Shown: piece after piece, positions 25,346 through 34,162 of the stretch
Layout of the letters: each line of letters opens with the position of its first letter
How positions within the stretch are numbered: the first letter of the stretch is position 1
IMG/VR virus record: IMGVR_UViG_3300045988_172593
Location: 1-37,438 of that record
From: a virus
Direction: 5' to 3' (one strand)
Length of the DNA stretch: 37,438 nt
Made by a program: the position numbers and the translations under genes
The notes under the pieces: model-generated
The model's database searches: none
Told to the model about the DNA's origin: nothing
What the model saw: the letters and a program-made list of their open reading frames with translations, nothing else

Positions 25346-26099
25346 GGTCGGCCCCCTTCTCGTTCAGGTAGCTCTCGAACTTCTCGCCGAACAGCGTCTC
25401 CGGCCGGATGTGCTGCGCCATGCGCTTCGAGCCGCGCCACTCGTCGCGCTTTCGGCGCACGACGGCCCTCGCGTCGTCCACGGTGCGGCCCGCGTCGAAC
25501 ATGCGCCGGAGGTCGAGCGCCAGCCTCCCGCCGCCGCCCCAGCGGTAGTCGCTGCCCGTCTCGGCGTTGAACGCGTCGATGCATCCGGCGGCGAACTCCG
25601 CGAAGGCGTTGGCCTCCGGGTCGTCCTCCGGAAAGAGCGCATCGCCGCTTGGCTTGGCTTGGCTTTCTCTGGTTTGGCTTGTATTGGCTTGTACTGTATT
25701 GGATTGGTTTATATAAGCACTGGTTTCCGGTTGCTCGAAACCACCTTGCGAAACTGGTTTCGCGTTGGTTTCCGAAACCTCGAAACCAGTTTCCGTTTTC
25801 GGTTTAGCCTTGGTTTCCGGTTTCGCGAAACCAGTTTCGGCTGTTTCGGCTTTGCTGGTTTTGACCTGCTGTTTCGCCGGCCTGCCGCCCTTCGACGCGC
25901 TCGCCCTCTTGGTCAGCGAGTTGTCCACGTCCTCGCGGATTGCCGTGAACAGCGCGGCCATGAGCGGCGAATCGAACTCCGGCTCCTCGCCGAGCGAGCC
26001 GTAGCGGACGATCGCCAGCGCGAACTCGGCCTGGTTCTCGTCCGGCAAGGCCTCCAAGACCTCGCCGAACTTCTCGAACCACGTGAACGACCTCGCCAT
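25311..26099 (-). CDS. Replication initiation / replisome organiser protein (DnaD-like, with the phage conserved C-terminal domain).
   Basis: C-terminus RWGGGGRLALDLRRMF...RPETLFGEKFESYL. The central low-complexity region coincides with iteron-like DNA repeats. Confidence 0.65.
   Translation of the reverse strand: MARSFTWFEKFGEVLEALPDENQAEFALAIVRYGSLGEEPEFDSPLMAALFTAIREDVDNSLTKRASASKGGRPAKQQVKTSKAETAETGFAKPETKAKPKTETGFEVSETNAKPVSQGGFEQPETSAYINQSNTVQANTSQTRESQAKPSGDALFPEDDPEANAFAEFAAGCIDAFNAETGSDYRWGGGGRLALDLRRMFDAGRTVDDARAVVRRKRDEWRGSKRMAQHIRPETLFGEKFESYLNEKGADHADAGVYASAF
25640..25870. promoter_or_regulatory. Putative origin of replication: iteron-like GAAACC(A/T)GTTTC repeats plus an AT-rich stretch inside the replication gene.
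   Basis: At least 5 copies of cgaaacc..ggtttcg palindromic units, TGGCTTGG tandem repeats, and ggtttatataagc. Confidence 0.5.
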
Positions 26100-26111
26100 T
26101 CCGCACCTCCT

Positions 26112-26522
26112 TTAGAACGGGATATCCTCGTCGTAGACCTGCTCTGCCGCATCGAGCGCCGGCCCGGTGTGCAGGTCCTGCACAGCTCCGGCCTGCCTGG
26201 AGGACATGAACTCCAGCTCATCGACGACGACCTCCAGCTTGCTGCGGCGCTGGCCGTCCCTCTCCCAGGAGCTGTAGCGCAGCTTGCCCTCGATGGCCAC
26301 CTTCGTGCCCTTCGCGAGGTAGGGCTGCAGCTTCTCGGCGCGGGTGCCGAACATGGTGCAGTCGACGAAGTTCGGGTAGTCCTCCCATTCGCCGGTCTTC
26401 TGGTTCTTGCGGCGGTCGTTGACCGCGATGCCCATGCCAAGCATGGACGTTCCGCTCTGCGTGCTGCGCAGCTCGGCGTCGCGCGTCAGGTTGCCGCTAA
26501 TCATCACCCTGTTGATGCTCAT
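26112..26522 (-). CDS. ssb: Single-stranded DNA-binding protein.
   Basis: OB-fold N-terminus and the conserved acidic tail ...DEDIPF. Confidence 0.85.
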   Translation of the reverse strand: MSINRVMISGNLTRDAELRSTQSGTSMLGMGIAVNDRRKNQKTGEWEDYPNFVDCTMFGTRAEKLQPYLAKGTKVAIEGKLRYSSWERDGQRRSKLEVVVDELEFMSSRQAGAVQDLHTGPALDAAEQVYDEDIPF

Positions 26523-26525
26523 GTA

Positions 26526-26981
26526 TCATCCTTCCGCCCATTGAAGGGCCGCTATCTCGGACGGGGTCATGACGTCGATGCCCTGGGCTTCGCACTCGTC
26601 CCTCATGCCGTTGACGAGCCGCGAGAACTCCGCGGAATCCATCTTCGACGACCCCTTGTAGACCTTGACCATCCGCATGGGCCTGCCGCCCACCTGGCGC
26701 GCAGGCCCCGCGTCGTAGTATTCGAAGTAATCGCCGAGCGGCACGCGGGCGTCCACCTCGAACGCCTCGCACGAGCCGTAGTCGCGCAGCATCCCCAGAT
26801 GCACCTCGGAATCGGCCATGCCCAGCTTCGCCGCCAGGCGGTTGAGCATGGCCCAGTAGTAGGCGTTCTGGGTCAGCGTGCGGCGCCTGCGCACGTCGCT
26901 GACGACGTACTCCCGCGAGCCGTCGGCCCGCATCAGCGCCGCTATGCACCGGGCCTTGTCCCCGCGCGCCAGCTCGGCCAT
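26526..26981 (-). CDS. NinB/Orf-family recombination mediator.
   Basis: LTQNAYYWAMLNRLA resembles the lambda NinB LDQNRKLWACLGDVS motif. About 150 aa. Confidence 0.55.
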   Translation of the reverse strand: MAELARGDKARCIAALMRADGSREYVVSDVRRRRTLTQNAYYWAMLNRLAAKLGMADSEVHLGMLRDYGSCEAFEVDARVPLGDYFEYYDAGPARQVGGRPMRMVKVYKGSSKMDSAEFSRLVNGMRDECEAQGIDVMTPSEIAALQWAEG

Positions 26982-26982
26982 G

Positions 26983-27867
26983 CTAGGCCGCCTCTGCGGC
27001 GTGCTCGCCGTAGCTTCGAGCCAGCTCCTCGAACCACTGCGCCGTGTAGCCCAGCTCCGTCAGGCGCGCCTCGTCGCGGTCCATCGGTATCTGCTGGGCC
27101 TGCCACTCGGCCTGCGCGCGGGCGTCCAGCTCCTCGCCTTCCAGGCCGGTCGTGGCGGCGCACCATGCGCGCATCGCCTTCCACAGGTCGTTGCGCGCCT
27201 CCATCAGGCTCGGAGGCTCGATGACCTCGGCCTCGACCTCGATGGGCTGCTCGGCCTGCTCTGGCTGCTCGGGCCGCTCGGGCCGCTCCTCCTGCCCGTC
27301 GACGCCCATCTCCGCCGCGTCGTAGAGGCCCTGGAACTCGTCCGGGAACGCCTCGCGCAGCGCGTGGACCATGGCCACCTTGCGAATCATCGTGCCGGGC
27401 ATCTTCGCCCAGCTGCCGCCCAGCTTGCCGTCCTTGCGGCGGTTGGCGTACTCCTCGAAGGCCACGCTGTCGTAGATGGGCACGTCGTAGCCCTCCACGA
27501 ACACCTTGCACCAGCCGCCGATGACAGTCTCCCCGGGCAGGACCATGGAGCCTTCGCGCTCCTTGCCCTTGCCGTCGCGGGTGACGAAGATGCCCGCCTG
27601 CATGCCCTTGAAGCGCGGGTTCGCCTGCGCGCGCTTCGTGTACACGTCCTTGCCCACGACCAGCGACGCGGGCTTGTCCCCGTACTTCACCAGATACGCC
27701 TCGCGGATGAAGGGGTTGAGGCGCTGCGCCTTGCACAGCTCCACGAACAGCTTCACCTCGCGTTGCGTTACCGCCGGGTTGTCGCAGAACACCCTCACCA
27801 CGTCCACGTCGGTGATCGTTATCTCCTGCCCCGACGCGTCCTTGTACTTAGCCAGCTCCTTGGCCAT
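26983..27867 (-). CDS. RecT-family single-strand annealing protein.
   Basis: 294 aa RecT-like core with an acidic C-terminus, next to SSB and NinB. Confidence 0.7.
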   Translation of the reverse strand: MAKELAKYKDASGQEITITDVDVVRVFCDNPAVTQREVKLFVELCKAQRLNPFIREAYLVKYGDKPASLVVGKDVYTKRAQANPRFKGMQAGIFVTRDGKGKEREGSMVLPGETVIGGWCKVFVEGYDVPIYDSVAFEEYANRRKDGKLGGSWAKMPGTMIRKVAMVHALREAFPDEFQGLYDAAEMGVDGQEERPERPEQPEQAEQPIEVEAEVIEPPSLMEARNDLWKAMRAWCAATTGLEGEELDARAQAEWQAQQIPMDRDEARLTELGYTAQWFEELARSYGEHAAEAA

Positions 27868-27870
27868 CTC

Positions 27871-28023
27871 TCATGCCTCCTGAATCCTGCACATGCGGTC
27901 GGCCTCGTGGCCCCGCATCCATTCCTCGACCATCGCCCGGGCCGTCTTGAGCGGCCCGGCGTACGCCTCGTGGTCTATCTCCCACTCGCCCTCGGCGTCC
28001 AGGGCGTAGAACGTCACGTCCAT
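27871..28023 (-). CDS. Small hypothetical protein.
   Basis: MDVTFYALDAEGEWEIDHEAY... Confidence 0.35.
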   Translation of the reverse strand: MDVTFYALDAEGEWEIDHEAYAGPLKTARAMVEEWMRGHEADRMCRIQEA

Positions 28024-28196
28024 TCGCGCTCCTCCGTCACCTCGATGCGCCACCAGCGGGCGGGGAGCCCGCCGTCGCCCACGAACTCGACCTGCTCGCG
28101 GCACGCCTCGGCGAAGCTCCCGCGCTCGCCCCGGTGGACCAGCGTCTCCACGCCGTCCTCGTCGACGGCGTACAGGCTCAATCGCCAGGAGCTCAT
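28014..28196 (-). CDS. Small hypothetical protein.
   Basis: MSSWRLSLYAVDEDGVETLVHRGERGSF... ATGA overlap with the upstream gene. Confidence 0.35.
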   Translation of the reverse strand: MSSWRLSLYAVDEDGVETLVHRGERGSFAEACREQVEFVGDGGLPARWWRIEVTEEREWT

Positions 28197-28672
28197 GCCC
28201 CTGCTTCCAGCAGCTTCAGCGCGCCGCCGCCGTCGGCGATGCGAGTGCCGAACGCGTCGAGCACCGCCTGCGAATCGGGGATGCGGACCGCCGCGCCCTT
28301 GACGCGCTTCGGGTCCCACTCGGCCCACTCGACCAGTTCCGCGGTGTCCTTGTCCGCCACCAGGCCGGCAACCGCCGTGAAGTGCTCCTCCCAGCCCTTC
28401 GCCGGGACCTCGACCGTCAGGCCCTTGGCCCTCAGCGCCTCGATGGCCTTGCCCATGTCGGTGATGACCGGCCCGGGCTTGCTGTAGCTCGCGCCGACCT
28501 CCCCGACCTTCGCGCCGCCCACCAGGATGGGCCGGCGGTCGCTCTCGCCGTCCATGGCCTGCGCGACCATCGCGGCGCAGGCGGCGCCCTTGGCCTCCTT
28601 TGCCTTCGCGGCCACGGTCTTGTCGACCGCCACCACCAGCGCCAGATACTCGTCGTTCGTCAGCTTCTCCAT
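28193..28672 (-). CDS. Hypothetical early protein.
   Basis: 159 aa ORF with good codon bias. Confidence 0.55.
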   Translation of the reverse strand: MEKLTNDEYLALVVAVDKTVAAKAKEAKGAACAAMVAQAMDGESDRRPILVGGAKVGEVGASYSKPGPVITDMGKAIEALRAKGLTVEVPAKGWEEHFTAVAGLVADKDTAELVEWAEWDPKRVKGAAVRIPDSQAVLDAFGTRIADGGGALKLLEAGA

Positions 28673-29265
28673 GCTGAAACCTCCTCGTGTGACGCCACCT
28701 TTACCATCGGTGACGATGAATCAACTGGTAGACATTCCGGCAACGCCTTCCGCCTCCCTGCGCAAGCTGCGCGAGGGCCTCTCGGAGTGCGGCCTGTTCG
28801 TCTTCTCCGCCCCGTGCAAGGGGCTTTGCCTCGCGCTCGGCGCGGCGCGCCTATCGGCGTCGCTCGCAAGAGCAGGCCTCATGCGCGCGCTCCCCAGGGG
28901 AAGCCGGCGCGAAGCCGTTGTGCTCGGCCTGCTCGTCAACCTTCTTTTCGATATCGCCAAGGCGCTTGTCGACGGCTGACCAGAACAGCAGCAGAACGAC
29001 CAGCGTCGCCGCCTGCGCCGAGACGCTGGCGATGAAACCTTCAAGAACAGACATGGCCGCGCCTAACCGATGCACGCGAACGCGGCCATGACCGTGATCC
29101 ACGCGGACATGCCCAGAAACAGGGCGATATCCTCGCGGTTGTCTGCTAAACTGTTCGCGGCTTTGCCCAAAGCCATGCGCGCCCTGCCTCGAAAACTCGG
29201 CGCGCAATTTTTTTTCGAAAAAAACGCCCCGCCTGACCTGGCGGTTAACATCGTCTTTAACATCG

Positions 29266-29664
29266 TCACAACTCCTTCACATTGTCCCGGTGCGCCTTCT
29301 GGCGCCTCGCGGCGTTGGCCTTCCTGGCCTCCGCGACCTCCCGGCCGAACTCCTCCGGGTCGGGCATGGCCGCCCGTATCTCCGCGCCGGTGCGCTGCTG
29401 CGGGTAGTACGACAGCGCGCTGCACTTGAGGCACAGCCCGCGCTGCTTGTTGTAGCTGCGCCGGGGGAACACCCCGCCGCACCGCGAGCACGTGTAGTGC
29501 TCGACCAGCGTCACGCCCATGCGGCTCGCCTGCATCTGCACGGCCGCCGTCGTGCGCCTCGTCCCGCAAAGCGAGCGCAGCTTGCGGACGACGGCCTTCG
29601 CGCCGCAGTCCGCGAACTCGCGCAGCACCTTGCGCTCCGCGACCGTCCACGCCCTTCCCGCCAC
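29266..29664 (-). CDS. Hypothetical zinc-finger protein.
   Basis: CSRCGG...CLKC. GTG start overlaps the upstream TAG. Confidence 0.45.
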   Translation of the reverse strand: MAGRAWTVAERKVLREFADCGAKAVVRKLRSLCGTRRTTAAVQMQASRMGVTLVEHYTCSRCGGVFPRRSYNKQRGLCLKCSALSYYPQQRTGAEIRAAMPDPEEFGREVAEARKANAARRQKAHRDNVKEL

Positions 29665-29843
29665 TACGCGCACACCCCCAGCGCCTCGGCCGTGCGGATG
29701 CGCCACTCCTTGGCGCCCGGGTGCTTGAACGCTCCCGGGATGATGCCAAGGCGGCAGTGCTTGCGCACCGTCCACTCGGACATGCCCATGACCGCCGCGT
29801 ACTGCGCCGTCGTCATAATGGGCGGCAAATCGTTCACTCCCAT
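29664..29843 (-). CDS. Excisionase/AlpA-like HTH DNA-binding protein.
   Basis: MGVNDLPPIMTTAQYAAVMGMSEWTVRKHCRLGIIPGAFK...WRI. RBS AAAGGAGAAACC. Confidence 0.6.
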   Translation of the reverse strand: MGVNDLPPIMTTAQYAAVMGMSEWTVRKHCRLGIIPGAFKHPGAKEWRIRTAEALGVCA

Positions 29844-30042
29844 GGTTTCTCCTTTCGAATCAGGCTCCGTGACGTGCCGGGTAGCATGCACGGCATGAAC
29901 AACTCCCGTGGACAACAACCGAAACACCGCGCGCGCCCCGCCGCATCGCTCGGCAACCTCAAGGCCGGGCTGCTCGACTTCTGGGCGTTCGCCAAACGCG
30001 CGGGCTTCTGCGAGGTCGCAAGGGACCTGCTGCTCGCCGCGC

Positions 30043-30312
30043 TCATCGCCGGCATCGGTCTGTAGACCTGAGCAGCTCCTTGATTTCCGCTACATCGCGG
30101 CGGATCTTAATCACCCGGTAGTACGTGACCACCAAGGCCACCGCGCAGAACGCGGCGCAGAAGTTCGCAATCGAACTCAACCTTCCCTCCTTGCTCTCGA
30201 ACGTGACCAGCGGGCTAACATGCCCGGCATGACGAAACCCGCCCACATACACGCGCCCGGCACCGCCGACCGCTTCTCGCGCTACGGGGAGCGCTATCGG
30301 CAGATGACGCAA
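30043..30312 (-). CDS. Hypothetical small membrane protein.
   Basis: 89 aa ORF with one hydrophobic helix. Confidence 0.3.
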   Translation of the reverse strand: MRHLPIALPVAREAVGGAGRVYVGGFRHAGHVSPLVTFESKEGRLSSIANFCAAFCAVALVVTYYRVIKIRRDVAEIKELLRSTDRCRR

Positions 30313-30360
30313 TCGCGGCGCGCCGCCGCGAAGGCCAGCGCCAGAATCGTCAAAACGGCG

Positions 30361-30525
30361 CTATCGGCTGCGATTGCCGCGCCAGAGGTCATCGACGCGG
30401 TTTTCCAGCTGCTCGCCCTTTTTTCGTAGACGGTCGATGCTGCGGAACAGCGCGGATACCTGGAAGACCAGGAGCAGGACAACCAACGCCTGGCAAAGGT
30501 CCGCGATTTTCCCGAACAGCTCCAT
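30361..30525 (-). CDS. Small membrane protein.
   Basis: MELFGKIADLCQALVVLLLVFQVSALF... ATGA overlap with the upstream gene. Confidence 0.35.
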   Translation of the reverse strand: MELFGKIADLCQALVVLLLVFQVSALFRSIDRLRKKGEQLENRVDDLWRGNRSR

Positions 30526-30770
30526 CAGTCCTCCTCGCGCTCTCGCGCTTCAAGCTCTCGCGCTTCGCGCTCGCTGTCGTCGAGCGCCTGCGACGTCGTG
30601 ACGCCGAACAGCTCGGCGATGAGCGTCGCGTCCTGAATCGCCTCGGACGCCCGCCTGTCCGAGCTGGCGCCGCCGATGTCGTACTTGTCCCTCTCCCGCC
30701 TCTCCGCGATGCGGCGGCCCGCGATGGACACCGCCTCCTCGTAGGTCGGCTGGAAACACGCCTTTCCCAT
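30525..30770 (-). CDS. Hypothetical protein.
   Basis: 81 aa, first gene downstream of the cro-like gene. Confidence 0.45.
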   Translation of the reverse strand: MGKACFQPTYEEAVSIAGRRIAERRERDKYDIGGASSDRRASEAIQDATLIAELFGVTTSQALDDSEREARELEAREREED

Positions 30771-30813
30771 TCGTCCTCCTTATGATGATTTAGATGCACG
30801 TTTCAACCGTACA

Positions 30814-31029
30814 TTATGCCGCAAAAAAAGAGGCAGCGTACTGCTTGAGCAGCCGCTTGCCGTCTTGCCCGACGTTGTCATAGTAGATTCGAAGCCGCTC
30901 AGGCGTCATCCACTTGTCGGGGTTCTGCTCGTACTTGCAGAGGGTGACGACGCTCACGCCAAGCAGCGGAGCGAAGTCCTCCTGGCTCTTGAGCGCGGTC
31001 ATGCGCGCCTTCGCAACCAAGCTCGCCAC
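30814..31029 (-). CDS. Cro/XRE-like HTH regulator.
   Basis: 71 aa HTH (DFAPLLGVSVVTLCKYEQN), divergent from the repressor gene. Confidence 0.65.
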   Translation of the reverse strand: MASLVAKARMTALKSQEDFAPLLGVSVVTLCKYEQNPDKWMTPERLRIYYDNVGQDGKRLLKQYAASFFAA

Positions 31030-31267
31030 AAGCTATCACCTCCAGTTTTGTCTCGATTAGTCGTTGTTTTTAGTTACTCGCACGGCTCACGCCCAGGATT
31101 TGCTGGGTCGCTACCCCGTGCCTCTATCTTCGGTTCTCAAGGTGCGCCGCCTAACTTCTTGCGGTAGCTATATCTTAAACCGTACATTTCAATTTGTAAA
31201 TAGAACGGTTTAAAATATATTTAACTTTATAGCGGCGTCTTGTTTAATGTAGCAAAGGAGGTTTTCT
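31030..31267. promoter_or_regulatory. Divergent promoter/operator region of the lysogeny switch.
   Basis: AT-rich. AAACCGT...ACGGTTT inverted repeat at 31177..31211 and a further AACCGTACA copy at 30805..30815. SD GCAAAGGAGG before the repressor ATG. Confidence 0.6.
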
Positions 31268-31945
31268 ATGGCAGGGTCACCATTTGCTAGAAACATAAGG
31301 GCGATTCGCGAGAATGCCGAGCTAACGCAAGAGCAATTCGCCGATGCTATCGGAGTTAATCGCCAAGCTGTTTATACATGGGAGGCAGGGCGCGTACAGA
31401 AGCCCCGGCAGAAATCTGTCGTTGATGGGATTTGCTCAGCATTCTCCGTTACTGAGCAAGACTTGTTCGGCTATGCCGACGGTTTCTACGCCAAGCTGCA
31501 CGGCCTTACCGACGCCCCGGCCGGCGCCATCGCCGCCAAGCCCTCCTCCGCGCTCGTTCCGCTGCTGGGCACGACGCACATGGGAGAGTTCGAGGACGAG
31601 GGCGAGTGCGACCGCATGGTCGAGGTCCCCGCCAGCGTCGCCGAGGCCCACCCCGGCGGGTTCTGCGTCCGCGCGGACGGCGAGTGCATGAACAACCGCT
31701 ACCCCTCGGACTCCGTGCTGTTCGTCGACCCGCACATGCAGCCGTTCGACGGCTGCGCCGTGCTGGCGGAGACCCAAGACTATCAGAGCATAGTCCGCAA
31801 GTATTCGCGCGGCGCGTCCGCGCTGATGCTCTCCCCGGATTCGCACGACTATGAGTTCGAGGACATCATAGTAAGGGCCGACGATGCCCCCATCATGCTC
31901 AAGGGCGTGGTCGTGTGGTATCAGGCCGAGAAGGACGTGAGGTAG
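31268..31945 (+). CDS. CI-like repressor (XRE HTH plus S24 LexA-like peptidase domain).
   Basis: N-terminal HTH (LTQEQFADAIGVNRQAVYTWE) and C-terminal S24 peptidase fold. Confidence 0.75.
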   Translation: MAGSPFARNIRAIRENAELTQEQFADAIGVNRQAVYTWEAGRVQKPRQKSVVDGICSAFSVTEQDLFGYADGFYAKLHGLTDAPAGAIAAKPSSALVPLLGTTHMGEFEDEGECDRMVEVPASVAEAHPGGFCVRADGECMNNRYPSDSVLFVDPHMQPFDGCAVLAETQDYQSIVRKYSRGASALMLSPDSHDYEFEDIIVRADDAPIMLKGVVVWYQAEKDVR

Positions 31946-31948
31946 CCC

Positions 31949-32800
31949 ATGGGCGACGAGGCCAACGAGAAAATCAACGCCCTGGGCGTGCAGATAGGCG
32001 TGTCCTCGACCGGCACGCGCGACGACTATATATCGCTCACCGACATAGCGCGGTACAAGAGCGAAGAGCCGAAGATGGTCATCCAGAACTGGATGCGCAA
32101 CCGCAACACCATCGAGTTCCTAGGCGTCTGGGAGGGGCTTCATAACCCCGATTTCAAAGGCATCGAATTCGATGCCTTTAGAAAAGAAGCGGGCTTGAAC
32201 TCGTTCACCATGACGCCCACGAAATGGATATCCGCGACGAACGCCAAAGGCGTCAAGGTCAAACGCGGCCACGGCGGCGGCACGTACGCCCACGTTGACA
32301 TCGCCTTCGAGTTCGCGTCCTGGATATCGCCGGAGTTCAAGCTGTACATCATCAAGGACTATCAGCGCCTGAAGTCCGACGAGAACAGCAGGCTGTCGCT
32401 CGAATGGAACGAGAAGCGCCTGTTCACGAAGATAAACTACCGCATCCACACGGATGCGGTGAAGGAGAATCTGGCGCCGAACATCAAGGGCAAGGGCGGT
32501 AAGTTCGTCTACGCCACCGAGGCGGACGTCCTCAACGTCGCGCTGTTCGGCAGGACCGCGAAGCAGTGGCGCGACGAGAACCCCGACAAGCCCGGCAACC
32601 TTCGAGACGGTGCAACGCTGCACCAGCTGATAGTGCTGGCGAACCTTGAAAGCATGAACGCCCAGCTTATAAAGGAGGGTCGCAGCAGGCAGGAGCGCGC
32701 CGAGTACCTGAACGCGATGGCCCGCGAGCAGCTGTCGGCGCTTGCGGACAACCCGACCGTGAAGGCCCTAGAAGGCGGAGAGGAGGGCGGCGCTGCATGA
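31949..32800 (+). CDS. KilA-N domain protein.
   Basis: GTYAHVDIAFEFASWISPEFKLYII KilA-N/APSES motif. Confidence 0.7.
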   Translation: MGDEANEKINALGVQIGVSSTGTRDDYISLTDIARYKSEEPKMVIQNWMRNRNTIEFLGVWEGLHNPDFKGIEFDAFRKEAGLNSFTMTPTKWISATNAKGVKVKRGHGGGTYAHVDIAFEFASWISPEFKLYIIKDYQRLKSDENSRLSLEWNEKRLFTKINYRIHTDAVKENLAPNIKGKGGKFVYATEADVLNVALFGRTAKQWRDENPDKPGNLRDGATLHQLIVLANLESMNAQLIKEGRSRQERAEYLNAMAREQLSALADNPTVKALEGGEEGGAA

Positions 32801-33006
32801 AGGTAGGTTTCCGCAAACCGAGCGTCAAGCGCATGGTGAAGGCCCGTACCACGGGCCGCGCAAAACGCGCCGTGAAGCGCTCGTTAAACCCGCTGTACGG
32901 CAAGAGGGGAATGGGGCTTGCCCACCCCAAGAAGGCGGCAAGGGGATACGTGTACCGCCGCACCACGTTCGGGCTCAGGGATGTGCTGCGCTGGATAAAG
33001 AAGTAG
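32797..33006 (+). CDS. Small basic protein.
   Basis: 69 aa, Lys/Arg-rich. Confidence 0.4.
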   Translation: MKVGFRKPSVKRMVKARTTGRAKRAVKRSLNPLYGKRGMGLAHPKKAARGYVYRRTTFGLRDVLRWIKK

Positions 33007-33016
33007 GAGGCGTCGT

Positions 33017-34162
33017 ATGGGAGCGAAGCTGACGCTAACGGTGTCGCGCATGGAGGGCGCCAGCAACGCCAAGTGCCGCCTGTGGCGCCTGCGCCTGTTC
33101 GTCGACGGCAAGCCCGCCAAGTCCAAGCGGTTCCACGGCACCTACGGCCAGGCCAAGGCCGCCGGGGACGACTTCAAGGCCGCCTACGCCGAGACCATGC
33201 GGCTGAGCGGCTACGACCCGGGCATGACGTTCGCCGAGTACGCCGAGCGGTGGCTGCAGAGGCGCAGGGACTCCGGGAGCTTCGAGAACCAGACCATCAG
33301 GGCCAACGCCGCGAAGGTCGACGGCCTGCGCCGCGTGATAGGCGACCTCAAGCTGAGCGAGATGAAGCGAACCGACGTCATAGACGCCCTCCTCAGCATA
33401 AAAGGAGGCGCCATCGGCGGAGGCGAGCTTATGAACTCGACCGTGCGAGGCTACCACACCGTGCTGAAGCAGATCATGGACGAGGCGGTACGCGACGAGC
33501 TGATACCCAAGAGCCCGGTCGACAACGTCAAGCCTCCGAAGTCCGACGCCCGCGAGAAGCACGCGCTGCCCTTCGACCGATACACGAAGCTCATAGGCGA
33601 CCTCACGAGCATGCGCGGAGACGCCCACGTCGTCGGCATCCTCCTCATTGCGCTGAACGGCCTGCGCCGCTCCGAGGCGGTGGCCCTCGAATGGGATGAC
33701 GACCTTGGAGACGGCCTTGCGGTGTTCGATTCCATCGAGGACATGTCCGGCGAGAAGAAGAAGACCAAATCCCCCAGCGGCAAGCGCATAGTCCCCATGA
33801 CCGCGGAGACGCGGAAGCTGCTCGACGAGTGGAAGCCCATGCAGGCGCTCATGCTGAGGTCGCGCGGAATCGAGCAGACCCCGCAGACCCCGTTGATAAC
33901 GAACGTCAAGGGCAGGAGGATGGCTGCGGACACGCTGTATCGCTGGTGGCGGAAGTTCGGGCCGACGATGTTCGGCGTCGACTGCACGCTGCATGAGCTT
34001 CGGCACACGTTCCTGACCTACCTCGCCAAAGACGGAGACGCCTTCGCGCTCAAGCGCATAGCCGGATGGTCGAAGATATCCATGGCGGACACGTACGTGC
34101 ACGCCGACGACGAGGCCGACCGCGCGGCCATGCGAGCGTTCGAGGATCGAATCGGCCGATAG
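33017..34162 (+). CDS. int: Tyrosine integrase (phage Int).
   Basis: 381 aa with an arm-binding N-terminus and catalytic motifs ...HELRHTF...Y. Confidence 0.85.
   Translation: MGAKLTLTVSRMEGASNAKCRLWRLRLFVDGKPAKSKRFHGTYGQAKAAGDDFKAAYAETMRLSGYDPGMTFAEYAERWLQRRRDSGSFENQTIRANAAKVDGLRRVIGDLKLSEMKRTDVIDALLSIKGGAIGGGELMNSTVRGYHTVLKQIMDEAVRDELIPKSPVDNVKPPKSDAREKHALPFDRYTKLIGDLTSMRGDAHVVGILLIALNGLRRSEAVALEWDDDLGDGLAVFDSIEDMSGEKKKTKSPSGKRIVPMTAETRKLLDEWKPMQALMLRSRGIEQTPQTPLITNVKGRRMAADTLYRWWRKFGPTMFGVDCTLHELRHTFLTYLAKDGDAFALKRIAGWSKISMADTYVHADDEADRAAMRAFEDRIGR

Noticed and set aside
13444-28302. Long plus-strand ORFs 13444..15333 (629 aa), 16364..17980 (538 aa), 18017..19450 (477 aa), 25284..27224 (646 aa) and 26878..28302 (474 aa).
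   Set aside because: Same reason. They are opposite to portal, MuF, terminase, radical SAM and the replication/recombination genes. Composition-driven open frames.
29834-30429. Overlapping ORFs on both strands between the Xis-like gene and 30043..30312 (for example 29908..30429 plus, 173 aa; 29834..30055 minus).
   Set aside because: Arg/Ser/Pro-rich low-complexity translations without RBS or motifs. Only a tentative small membrane-protein ORF was retained at low confidence.
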